Shown one piece after another: positions 36,139-47,047 of a DNA stretch of 64,000 bases. A program made the translations under genes and the position numbers. The DNA is from Macrostomum lignano (Eukaryota). Positions within the stretch are counted from its first letter, which is position 1, and the number at the start of each line of letters is the position of its first letter. The notes below the pieces were generated by a model that was not told the origin of the DNA, did not search any database, and saw nothing but the letters and a program-made list of their open reading frames with translations. Location: NCBI GenBank assembly GCA_002269645.1, contig NIVC01003151.1, positions 34,468 through 98,467 of the forward strand, written 5' to 3'.

Positions 36139-39111
36139 ATGTCCGGCATGCGCCTTGACTGCAAAATCTACGTCGGCGAGTTGCCGCGCGACGCCAGCGA
36201 GAGCGAACTGGAGCGCGCCTTCAAGTCGTTCGGCCGGGTCCGCCAGGTGTGGATCGCCCGCAATCCGCCCGGCTTTGCCTTCATTGAAATGGACGATCCG
36301 CGCGACGCCGAGGACGCCGTCCGCGATCTGGACGGGTCCACCATCTGCGGCGTCCGGGCCCGCGTGGAAATGTCCAACGGCCGCTCCAGGCCCAAGGGAT
36401 TCGACCGTGGCGGTCGGGACCGCGGCGGCCCAAGGCGCGGCTTCGATCCCAACGACCGGTGCTACGACTGCGGCGAGAAGGGCCACTACGCCTACAACTG
36501 CCCGAGGAAGCGGGGCGGCGGCGGCGGCGGTCGCGGAGGTCGAAGCCGGAGCCGCAGTCGCAGCCGGAGTAACGATAGGGACAGGCGGGGCAGGTGAGGA
36601 TTTGTTGCACTGTTTGCGCTAATGACTGCTGAGCAATGATTGTTGCAGGTGTTTTGTTCTATTGAGTTCTTTTACTCTAAACCAAGCTGCACATCTGAAG
36701 CGCATTACCTGTTTTTATCTAATGTTTCCTGTTTTAAGTCATTGTTACATATACTACTAATTTTCCGTAAAAGTGAGCAGTAGTATGTCTAACAAGTTGA
36801 CACGCAATATCTAAATGTTATTTTTTATAAAAACAAAATTTATCGCAAACATGAGTCCTAACTGTCTAATTGATTGATTCAAAGTTGGGGTGCTTAAATT
36901 TGTTACTGACTGTTTAATTTGTTCCAACAAACAAATGTTCCAGGATCTTCTACTGCAACAAACTTCTTCACCAGGCTCAGCCCAGTTTTGCGCGCTGCAC
37001 AGACCAATTAGAGAAAGACTTGAGCTTCGACTACTTGAGAATAGGAGTTTCTGCTACTTAGAGTAGTTGGTACAAAATAACTAGCTGTCTTTCCCTGTAA
37101 AATTCAATGCATTTATTTTTTAAGAATTCCTAATCTTTTTTGAGAAACAGAATTGCATTTAGACACAAAAAGTAAAAAGTCAACTTTTTCCGATATGTAG
37201 CGTAACTAACTTTATCAAAGAAAATTTTACACTCATTTGCCACGGCTGCAGTCGTAGATATTTTAGTCTTACCTGTACATCTGTAGCATATAATAGCTCG
37301 TACTAGGCAGGCAGGTGGATTATCAGGATACAAATGTATTGCCGATATGTAGCGTTAGTAACTTTATCAAGGCAAAATTTACATTGTTGCTGACAAAATA
37401 CGAGTACTAGGCCAGGTGGATGTAAGTCGTTTGCCGATATATAGCGTAAAAACTTTGTTGAGTCAAAATTTACATTGCTGCTGACAAAATACGAGTACTA
37501 GGCCAGGTGGGTGTAAGTCGTTTGCCGATATGTAGCGTAAAAACTTTGTTGAGCCAAAATTTACATTGCTGCTGACAAAATACGAGTACTAGGCCAGGTG
37601 GATGTAAGTCGTTTGCCGATATGTAGCGTAAAAACTTTGTTGAGCCAGAATTTACATTGCTGCTGACAAAATACGAGTACTAGGCCAGGTGGATGTAAGT
37701 CGTTTGCCGATATGTAGCGTAAAAACTTTATTGAGCCAAAATTTACATTGCTGCTGACAAAATACGAGTACTAGGCCAGGTGAATGTAAGTCGTTTGCCG
37801 ATATGTAGCGTAAAAACTTTATTGAGCCAAAATTTACATTGCTGCTGACAAAATACGAGTACTAGGCCAGGTGAATGTAAGTCGTTTGCCGATATGTAGC
37901 GTAGAAAACTTTATCAAGCCAAAATTTACAAATAATTAAATTAATACTATGAATTACGCCAAAGCGTTTTTATTCTAGCTAAATGTCCAGGCATAAGAAT
38001 AGGCAGGCTTAAGTTAGATTCAGCGACCTAGCGTCAGCTCGTGACTGCAGCAGAATCACCAGCATCTTCAGCAGCAGCAGCAGCAGTGCATCTCTGCGCA
38101 ACAATGCTCTCCCCCGGGTCCCTCACAGCCAGTTTGATCTGCCTCTAATTGCTTTGCGAATACATAGTGGGGAGATTCTGCCCGCTCTCTGCTACTGCAC
38201 GTTGTCAGGCTTCTGCTCAGCTTGTTCAGCTGGCTGCTCGCGCCCGCTGTGATTGGCTGTGTTTAATCTCTGCCCGATCGCGCGCTGACAGCCCGTTCGG
38301 TCAGTTCAGTAATGCCAGTAATGTGTTTTAAATTATTAATTATTTATCATATTCAAGTAAACTCACGCATTCAGAATAGATATGTATATAGGTAAACTTG
38401 TACTGCAGTCAACTGTTGACATTCGATCTGGTTTTCTCCGAATACAGCTGGATCATATTTGGCTGAAAAAAATCATCCATCGCCGTCACTATCTATCGAA
38501 TAATGTCATTTTTAGGCGCAGCCCGTCCTACTCGGACCGCAGTCGCAGTCGTTCGCCGCCTCCGCGAAGGCGCAGGTAATTGTTTGACGATATGTATCGA
38601 AGTTAACTTTACAAACTGCTTAAATTAAGCTAGATCTTTTATGCAGCCGATATGTATCGAAAGTAAATGTATAGAAATTGTTAAGTAGGTTAAGGCTTAA
38701 AGCCGATATGTATCGAAAGTAAATGTATAAAAATTGTTAAGTAGGTTAAGGCTACTCATTTTCTATGCAGCCGATATGTATCGAAAGTAAATGTAAACAT
38801 TGTTAAGTAGGTGAAGGCTGCGAACTTTTCTATGCAGCCGATATGTTTCAAAAGTAAATTAAAAAACTGTTAAGTAGGTCGAAGCTACTAATTTTTATAT
38901 AAAGCCGATATGTATCGAAAGTATATGTGAAAGTGTTACAGAAAATTTAGATTTTTTCTGTGCATGTATCGAAAGCAATTACTCTCAATATCGTGAAGTT
39001 GTTGCTATATAATAAGGTCTTTTACAACGCCAACGCCAAGTTCTGAAATTTGCTGCTTCCCTTTAAACCGTCCATTTCAGGTCTCGCAGCGGCAGCAGCA
39101 ACTCCCGCTAA
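36139..39111 (+). CDS. SRSF7: SR splicing factor SRSF7/SRSF3 (9G8-like): RRM + zinc knuckle + RS domain
   Basis: Exons 36139-36593, 38516-38575, 39081-39111 (phase 2, 2). KIYVGEL (RNP2), [21 protein letters not shown] (RNP1), [16 protein letters not shown] repeats. Confidence 0.93.
37330..37925 (+). repeat. About 91-bp tandem repeat (about 6 copies) in SRSF7 intron 1
   Basis: GCCGATAT recurs at 37433, 37524, 37615, 37706, 37797 and 37888. Each unit contains CCAGGTG(G/A)(A/G)TGTAAGT. Confidence 0.9.
38585..38990 (+). repeat. Diverged about 60-67-bp repeat (about 6 copies) in SRSF7 intron 2
   Basis: AGCCGATATGTATCGAAAGTAAATGT...TGTTAAGTAGGT(T/G)AAGGCT. Confidence 0.85.
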
Positions 39112-39634
39112 ATGCGAAGTCAATGTTGGGATGAAATGTTGGGAATTATAAGAAGTGTCAGTGACTAAGCTGGCGGACTTGTGAATTTTAAGTGTTGTTT
39201 CCTAAACTGCTCTGCATTCTGCATCCCCGAGTCTGTCCTATTGTCCTGTTTCCTTGTCAAAGTTTGAACAAAACTCTTTTTAACAGCCATCTTTAATCTT
39301 TAACTGTCGTTGCGTCCTACTGTAACTTTGGCTCAGTTGAATCAATAAGCAGGCCCTGTCACTCTTGTTCACGATTTTTATTAGCAATATTCTTACTTAT
39401 GGGTTTCTTAACTATTAAACTGGGGAAGTGCATCTGTTTGACCTTGGCTGGCACTGATTGACATTCGCGTTGATAATATTAAATACACTCTGACTGCAGG
39501 CTTGCACTGCCAATTCATCCATTAGCACCTTAGCCTTGGCTGGTTAAATGCTGATTGCAATGAATTTTGAGCACTTCCATTTCTTAAATGTACTTACTGT
39601 ATGCAGTGTCGAAGCTTTGTTCAGACTGCTCACC

Positions 39635-40325
39635 TCAGTTGCTGGGCCAGCCTCCCAGATCCTCAGTTGCTGGTCCAGCCTCCCAGAGTGTCAGTTGCTG
39701 GGCCAGCCTCCCAGATCCTCAGCTGCTGGTCCAGTCTCCCAGAGTGTCAGTTGCTGGTCCAGCCTCTTAGATCCTCAGTTGCTGGGCCAGCCTCCCAGAT
39801 CCTCAGTTGCTGGGCCAGCCTCTCAAATCCTCAGTTGCTGGGCCAGCCTCTTAGAGTGTCAGTTGCTGGGCCAGTCTCCTAGAGTGTCAGTTGCTGGGCC
39901 AGCCTCCCAGAGTGTCAGTTGCTGGGCCAGACCCCCAGAGTGTCAGTTGCTGGGCCAGTCTCCTAGAGTGTCAGTTGCTGGGCCAGCCTCCCAGATCCTC
40001 AGTTGCTGGGCCAGCCTCTCAAATCCTCAGTTGCTGGGCCAGCCTCTTAGAGTGTCAGTTGCTGGGCCAGTCTCCCAGAGTGTCAGTTGCTGGGCCAGTC
40101 TCCCAGAGTGTCAGTTGCTGGGCCAGCCTCCCAGAGTGTCAGTTGCTGGGCCAGACCCCCAGAGTGTCAGTTGCTGGGCCAGACCCCCAGAGTGTCAGTT
40201 GCTGGGCCAGACCCCCAGAGTGTCAGTTGCTGGGCCAGACCCCCAGAGTGTCAGTTGCTGGGCCAGACCCCCAGAGTGTCAGTTGCTGGGCCAGACCCCC
40301 ACAGTGTCAGTTGCTGGGCCAGACC
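39635..40325 (+). repeat. 28-bp dispersed minisatellite family
   Basis: CCCAGATCCTCAGTTGCTGGGCCAGCCT and the variant CCCAGAGTGTCAGTTGCTGGGCCAGACC. Confidence 0.95.
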
Positions 40326-40335
40326 CCCGGTCCAG

Positions 40336-41168
40336 CTCAAGCCAGCATCACAGCACAGCCACCTCAGCAGCCACCTCAACAGCCATCACAGCACATTGGG
40401 GCCGCAATCCCCGCCATCATCGCTCTGCAGCCGCCGCACCTGGTCTCCAGACTGCTGCCCCATACTGGGCGCTCATCGGCCCTGCCCATCCGCTTCCGCC
40501 GCCGGCTGTCCGGTGGCAACTCCGAGACCTTCTGGCGCCGACTTCTCGTCCGCATGCTGTTCCCGCCTTCGTCCACCTCCGTGGACTCGACGTCGGCCTC
40601 GGCAGCCAATGATGGCCTGCTCACCATCTGGCACCGCGACAGCGGGCCGGACATCCGCTTCGCCTGGGAGGTGCTCCTGCCCGACATTGACGGCTCGCAG
40701 GACTGCCGGCTGGAGTTCTGCAACTCGCCGCTGCCCTACCCGATCCGAGACCGTCGCCAGCTGGAAGCTCTGGTCACCTCCGGCGTCGTGCCAGCGTCCG
40801 AGCTTCGGCTGACTAGCGCCTACTTGAGCAGGAACCGAGCTCACGTCAGCTGGTTCAGCAGCTTGTCCAGTTTAAACCGCCTGCAGTCTCTCAGCCTCAT
40901 CGGCTGCGCGTTCTCGTCCGGCGATCTCCTGGTTCGGTACCTGGCCGCCGCTCCTGGCAGCCTTGAAGAGTTGCACCTGTGCGGAGTCGAATGCCTGACA
41001 GCCAGCAGGATTCGCTCGCTGGCCTGCATGCAGCAGCTGCGGCTGCTCCGCCTGACCCGCCTGCTGGCTGTGGAACCCGAGGAGCTGGCGGCGCTAAGCG
41101 CGGAGATGGCTGAGCGAATGCCCAACACCAAGGTGGTGTGCGATTTGGGTCGGGGGCTGCGGTGCTGA
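40336..41168 (+). CDS. ATP5S/DMAC2-family paralog (5' start unresolved)
   Basis: Open frame after the minisatellite. GPDIRFAWEVL parallels GPDRACAEWLL. LQSLSLIGC, LEELHLCGVECLTASRIRSLACMQQLRLLRL and AERMPNTKVV parallel the LRR-like ATP5S C-terminus. There is no in-frame ATG before about 40554. Confidence 0.65.
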
Positions 41169-41510
41169 CCCACTTGCGGATTCACACATGAGTCATGCAT
41201 GACCCAGTGACCCACTTGCGGATTCACACATGAGTCATGCATGACCCAGTGACCCACTTGCGGATTCACACATGAGTCATGCATGACCCAGTGACCCACT
41301 TGCGGATTCACACATGAGTCATGCATGACCCAGTGACCCACTTGCGGATTCACACATGAGTCATGCATGACCCAGTGACCCACTTGCGGATTCACACATG
41401 AGTCATGCATGACCCAGTGACCCACTTGCGGATTCACACATGAGTCATGCATGACCCAGTGACCCACTTGCGGATTCACATTGATAAGTCATTCGTGACC
41501 CAGTGACCAA
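41166..41510 (+). repeat. 42-bp minisatellite starting at the stop codon of the ATP5S-like ORF
   Basis: TGACCCACTTGCGGATTCACACATGAGTCATGCATGACCCAG about 7 near-identical copies. Confidence 0.95.
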
Positions 41511-41979
41511 CTTTCAATCGAGTAACATTATGACCCACTTCTAAAGCTTTTTTAAGCATTACTTATCAAGTTCAATATGCAGTTATATGTTAAAGTATAA
41601 ACCTGTGAACTTGTTGCGAACACTGTCTGTACCATAATAAATTAGCCTATGTCAACTTTGCCACAAGTCTTTGTTTATACCGCTGACCGGCGGTAGTGAG
41701 TGCGGAGAAGCTTCACTGATGGCATCCAACTGATTGTCTTTCTATTTTTATATTTAATGGATCGGCGGGAGCATCCGCTTCTCCAGGCTTTTGCGGCGCA
41801 ACATCGCTTTCACTTTCTTCCTCATCACTCATTTTTGGGCTCCTGGGATTGCTAATTCTGTCTAAGCATTTCTAAGGTTCCCACTGGTCTCAGAGCTGCT
41901 AGCGAGCTCAAAACTCTTACTAAGCATACATTATAACTTGAGCTCAGTCATGCGCGTCTGCTCGCCTCTGTACATGTGC

Positions 41980-42165
41980 CTGTCTGCATGTCTGTCTGTC
42001 TGTCTGTGTATCCGTCTGTCTGTCTGTCTGCTTGTCTGTCTTAGTGTCTGCATGCCTGTCTGTCTGCCTGTCCGTCTTAGTGTCTGCATGCCTTCCTGTC
42101 TGCATGCCTGCCTGTCTGTCTGTCCGTCTGTATTAGTGTCTGTCTGTCTGTCTGTCTGTCTCTTT
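41980..42165 (+). repeat. (CTGT)n microsatellite, imperfect
   Basis: Direct reading of the sequence. Confidence 0.9.
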
Positions 42166-42794
42166 TTCACGGACTCTAAACCAGGACAGTGAGTCTTGGT
42201 AGTGCTTAGTGCTTATTGCGTCTGCATCCAGTAGACTTCAGAAGCTAAAGGGATTAGAGCAGAGAAGTTTGTTTTTCTGCACTCAAGTTTATCGCTCATT
42301 TCCCGGACCGCAAGTCTGACTGCATTTCGCATCTTACCGTTTTCTTAGCATTGCTTCATTTTCCCTCGTAGTTGGCCGATACTTGGCTGGGGCCGGGCCG
42401 TCTCTCTGTTCGTTTAGCTGCTCACGTGCTCAGTCCAGTCGACTCAGCGCTTCCAGAATTAATTGAGTTTGTCTGAGGCTGTCTGCGAGCCATTTCATTT
42501 TATTAGAAAGCGATTGGTTCTCCCAGTTAGACTATCAACTTATCCAGCTCTCTATAGTTTTATTATGTTGGGTTTCCGGTTGACTTGGCTGGGGGGGGGG
42601 GCTGCAGATTCGATTATTATTCTGAGCTGCGTGCGGCCGCCTGAGTCTGAGATAATTGATTATTTTATAGGGCAGCTCTTTCGCCCAGCTTGGATCGTCT
42701 GGGTTTATTTTTATCGGCTATCGAGTCTCCGAGTTTTGCTGAATTTTTTTGGAATAAATTGCCTGACTGAGACGTCTGAGAGATGCTGTGGCTC

Positions 42795-44420
42795 ATAGCG
42801 TGCATGGCTGGCTGGCTGGCTCATAGCTCATAGCGGCATGGATCATAGCTCATAGCGCCATGGCTCATAGCTCCTTGTGCCATGGCTCATAGCTCATAGC
42901 GCCATGGCTCATAGCTCATAGCGCCATGGCTCATAGCTCCTTGTGCCATGGCTCATAGCTCATAGCGACATGGCTCATAGCTCATAGTGGCATGGCTCAT
43001 AGCGACATGGCTCATAGCTCATAGCGGCATGGCTCATAGCTCCTTGCGCCATGGCTCATAGCGACATGGCTCATAGCTCATAGCGACATGGCTCATAGCT
43101 CATAGCGGCATGGCTCATAGCTCATAGCGACATGGCTCATAGCTCATAGCGGCATGGCTCATAGCTCCTTGCGCCATGGCTCATAGCGACATGGCTCATG
43201 GCTCAAAGCGACATAGCTCATAGTGACATGGCTCATAGCTCATAGCGACATGGCTCATAGCTCATAGTGGCATGGCTCATAGCGACATGGCTCATAGCTC
43301 ATAGCGGCATGGCTCATAGCTCCTTGCGCCATGGCTCATAGCGACATGGCTCATAGCTCATAGCGACATGGCTCATAGCGACATAGCTCATAGTGGCATG
43401 GCTCATAGCTCCTTGCGCCATGGCTCATAGCGACACAGCTCATAGCGACATAGCTCATAGCGGCATGGCTCATAGCTCCTTGCGCCATGGCTCATAGCGA
43501 CATGGCTCATGGCTCAAAGCGACATAGCTCATAGTGACATGGCTCATAGCTCATAGCGACATGGCTCATAGCTCAGGGCGGCATGGCTCATAGCGGCATG
43601 GTTCATAGCTCATAGCGCCATGGCTCATAGCTCATAGCGACATGGCTCATAGCTCATAGCGCCATGGCTCATAGCTCATAGCGACATGGCTCATAGCTCA
43701 TAGCGACATGGCTCATTGCTCATAGCGCCATGGTTCATAGCTCATAGCGCCATTGCTCATAGCTCATAGCGACATGGCTCATAGCTCATAGCGCCATGGT
43801 TCATAGCTCATAGCGCCATTGCTCATAGCTCATAGCGACATGGCTCATAGCTCATAGCGCCATGGCTCATAGCTCATAGCGCCATGGCTCATAGCTCATA
43901 GCGCCATGGCTCATAGCTCATAGCGCCATGGTTCATATCTCATAGCGACATGGCTCATAGCTCACGGCAACATGGCTCATAGCTTGTAGTATGGCTCATT
44001 GGTCATAAGAGCATGGCTCATAGCTCATAGCTGATCATAGCTTCACTGCATTTAGTTCATAGCTCATAGCTGATCATAGCTTCACTGCATTTAGTTCATA
44101 GCTCATAGCTGATCATAGCTTCACTGCATTTAGTTCATAGCTCATAGCTGATCATAGCTCACGGCAACATGGCTCATAGCTTGTAGTATGGCTCATTGGT
44201 CATAAGAGCATGGCTCATAGCTCATAGCTGATCATAGCTTCACTGCATTTAGTTCATAGCTCATAGCTGATCATAGCTTCACTGCATTTAGTTCATAGCT
44301 CATAGCTGATCATAGCTTCACTGCATTTAGTTCATAGCTCATAGCTGATCATAGCTTCACTGCATTTAGTTCATAGCTCATAGCTGATCATAGCTTCACT
44401 GCATTTAGTTCATAGCTCAT
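42795..44420 (+). repeat. Large compound minisatellite array
   Basis: GGCTCATAGCTCATAGCG(A/C/G)CAT units, switching to a longer CTGATCATAGCTTCACTGCATTTAGTTCATAGCTCATAG unit at the 3' end. Confidence 0.95.
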
Positions 44421-44809
44421 ACGGACAAGCAAGCACATTCGAGAGATTAAGAATTATATTGAAGTGTGAGCTTGAAGAGAGACGACAGGTAGAGCTAACC
44501 CTGGGGTCCAAGTTTTCAGCCAATACGCGTTTAGTCTAAGAAAGTCGCTGTCTTTGTGGTATGCCGCATTCTCATTGGCTAGTCGAGAGTTTGTCTTATA
44601 AAACAAACTTTGCCGAGATGGCGTTTTATCAGGCCAGGGTTATTGGAAAGTTATAGGGATATATAAAACTGAGGGAAGACTTTGACTCCCAGTAGTTTTA
44701 TCCCAAGAGCTTAAAAAGGAAGTCAGAGGTCCAACCGACAAGTTCGTCATTTTTAAATTGTTTCGTGAATAATATTATACAGGGTAAGTTATTTGATTGC
44801 TACATATAT

Positions 44810-44895
44810 GAACTATGAACCATGCCCGCTATGAGCTATGAGTCATGCCCGCTATGAGCTATGAGCCATGCCCGCTATGAGCTTTGAGCCATGCG
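44810..44895 (-). repeat. Short inverted copy of the 42795-44420 array
   Basis: CATGCCCGCTATGAGCTATGAG(T/C) about 3 copies, the reverse complement of CTCATAGCTCATAGCGGGCATG. Confidence 0.85.
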
Positions 44896-45529
44896 TCAAT
44901 AGGCAGCGCTGGCCAGTAAAGCAAGTCATCGAATTGCTAAGTTACAGCAAGGGCTTGTTCAAGTGCAAACCAAATTCGTCTGACAGCTGGAGGTGTCCCA
45001 TGGACGAGAGTTAGGATGAATAAAATTGGTTGTAAAATCTCGATTGTCCTTATAGCAGCCCGCCTGCTTGCCTGACATTTTGCTTGTACGCAGCTATGCG
45101 GTGCCGCAGTTGATCGAACAGTGCGGGTAAGGATGGGATCTGGGACCTGGATGATGCCACTCGGATGCTGGGATGCTGCTGGCTTCATTGCACTTTCCAT
45201 CTGCTGCGAAAGTAGTTGCAAGCAAATGTACTTTTACAAGTTCTTAGATCTGCTTCCACAGCAAAAAACTTTCCTATGCGGGTCGGTCGTAGCTGTGCTG
45301 TAAACAGGGATTTCCTATTGGGATATCAGAGTTTTCTATCCCAGTTATACAGACCTTTTCTCAGCCACGTCATAAATCATCTTCCACAGCCGCCGCATCC
45401 GTGATCTGCATTAATGACACAGAATTTCATTTTCTCTCGTTGGTCTCGGGTAAAGTGCCTTATAAACAAACTTTGACGCTCCAATGAACAGCCTTGGTTC
45501 TGCTGAAGACGCAGAACTCAGTAACCTAA

Positions 45530-45775
45530 AGACCCAAAACCCTCTACACACAGACCCAACCCCCTCCACTCAGACCCAACCCCCTCTCCCCACAGACCCA
45601 ACCCCCTCCACACAGACCCAACCCCCTCCACAGACCCAACCCCCTCCCCACAGACCCAACCCCCTCCACACAGACCCAACCCTCTCCCCACAGACCCAAC
45701 CCTCTCCCCACAGACCCAACCCCCTCCACACAGACCCAACCCTCTCCCCACAGACCCAACCCCCTCCCCCACCAC
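45530..45775 (+). repeat. C-rich about 21-bp minisatellite
   Basis: Tandem CACAGACCCAACCC(C/T)CTC(C). Confidence 0.9.
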
Positions 45776-46589
45776 TAACCGCACAGCCCGGACTGTGTTA
45801 TCGCAAACATTTCGCATCCAATAGTTTTGTATTTACGCAACTGGGCCGGCGCAGCGGCGCAAAAGGCATTAAAGTACATCAGCACTTTGTTATCAACATC
45901 GCGCAGAGTTAAAAGCCGCCAGCATTTCTGCATTGAGAAAACAAGTTCAGCAGAAAAAATAAAAGGAACGGCTGAAACCCGATGCCAGTTAAGGTTTTAG
46001 TTTTCGGTAATATTTTAGCATTCGAATTTCCCAGCCGCGCTGCGGGAGGTCTGATTCAGACAGATTTTCCCGGCTGGGTGATGAAGGAGGCTGAGCTCGG
46101 GTCTCCATTAGTGACGGGAAATTGGCAAACTGCAATCCCCCCTGTTCCCAATTTCAGACAGCAAATAGGAGGCAAAACTTTTCTATATTTTCCTGCAATA
46201 GTCAATGCCGACCCCCCGCTGCGCAGATTGGCCTTATAAAATATCTGATATCTTCGCGAGCAAGTTTTGACCGAAATTCTGGGACGCACTAAATTTCATA
46301 CAGCAATTCAATGCTGGTGTTATTGGGTACTTTTGCAGTGCGGTCAGTTCAACAACTGAATCTTTCATAACTGCGACACCTCTACTCGTATGCTAATAAG
46401 AACTGCATAAATATTTGGTTAATTTAGCAACTAACGTGTAATCAAACTGTTTGCTAGCAGAGACAACAGGAAGTTTAGAAAAAATGGTCGTCAAGTGTTG
46501 CCCATGAGAAATGCGTGCGGTGCCTGAATGTCTGACTGTAGCAATATGCACTCTGGTTATAGGCGGTAAATGATAAAAATGTTTGTGTT

Positions 46590-46990
46590 GGGTGTTACAG
46601 TTTGTGTGGGGTGTTACAGTTTGTGTGGGGTGTTACAGTTTGTGTGGGGTGTTACAGTTTGTGTGTGGGTGTTACAGTTTGTGTGAGGGTGTTACAGTTT
46701 GTGTGAGGGTGTTACAGTTTGTGTGAGGGTGTTACAGTTTTGTGTGGGTGTTACAGTTTTGTGTGGGTGTTACAGTTTGTGTGGGTCGACGAAGTTTGTG
46801 TTTATAGTTAATCAAGTTTGTGTTTATTTACAAGCCAAGTTTGTGTTTATTTGGGAGCCAGTTTGTGTTTTTTAGAAGCCAAGTTTGTGTTTATTTGGGA
46901 GCCAAGTTTGTGTTTACTAAGGAACCAAGTTTGTGTTTATTTAGGAGCCAAGTTTGTGTTTATTAGGCAGACAAAGTTTGTTACAGTTGC
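46590..46990 (+). repeat. Two adjacent minisatellites in putative FHL2 5' UTR intron
   Basis: GTGTTACAGTTTGTGTG(G/A)GG, then TTTATTTGGGAGCCAAGTTTGTG, ending at an acceptor TTGCAG (46992). Confidence 0.85.
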
Positions 46991-47047
46991 AGATGAAATC
47001 TTCTCCTCCTCATTTCCTCATCCGATCTCCGGGCAAATCGGCAGGCA

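Noticed and set aside
37330-38990. Hammerhead ribozymes or snoRNAs in SRSF7 intronic repeats
   Set aside because: No CTGATGA/GAAA core and no RTGATGA/CTGA boxes. Kept only as an unexplained repeat finding.
45060-46560. Additional protein-coding gene between the big array and FHL2
   Set aside because: Only short ORFs without recognisable motifs; more likely FHL2 leader or intron sequence.
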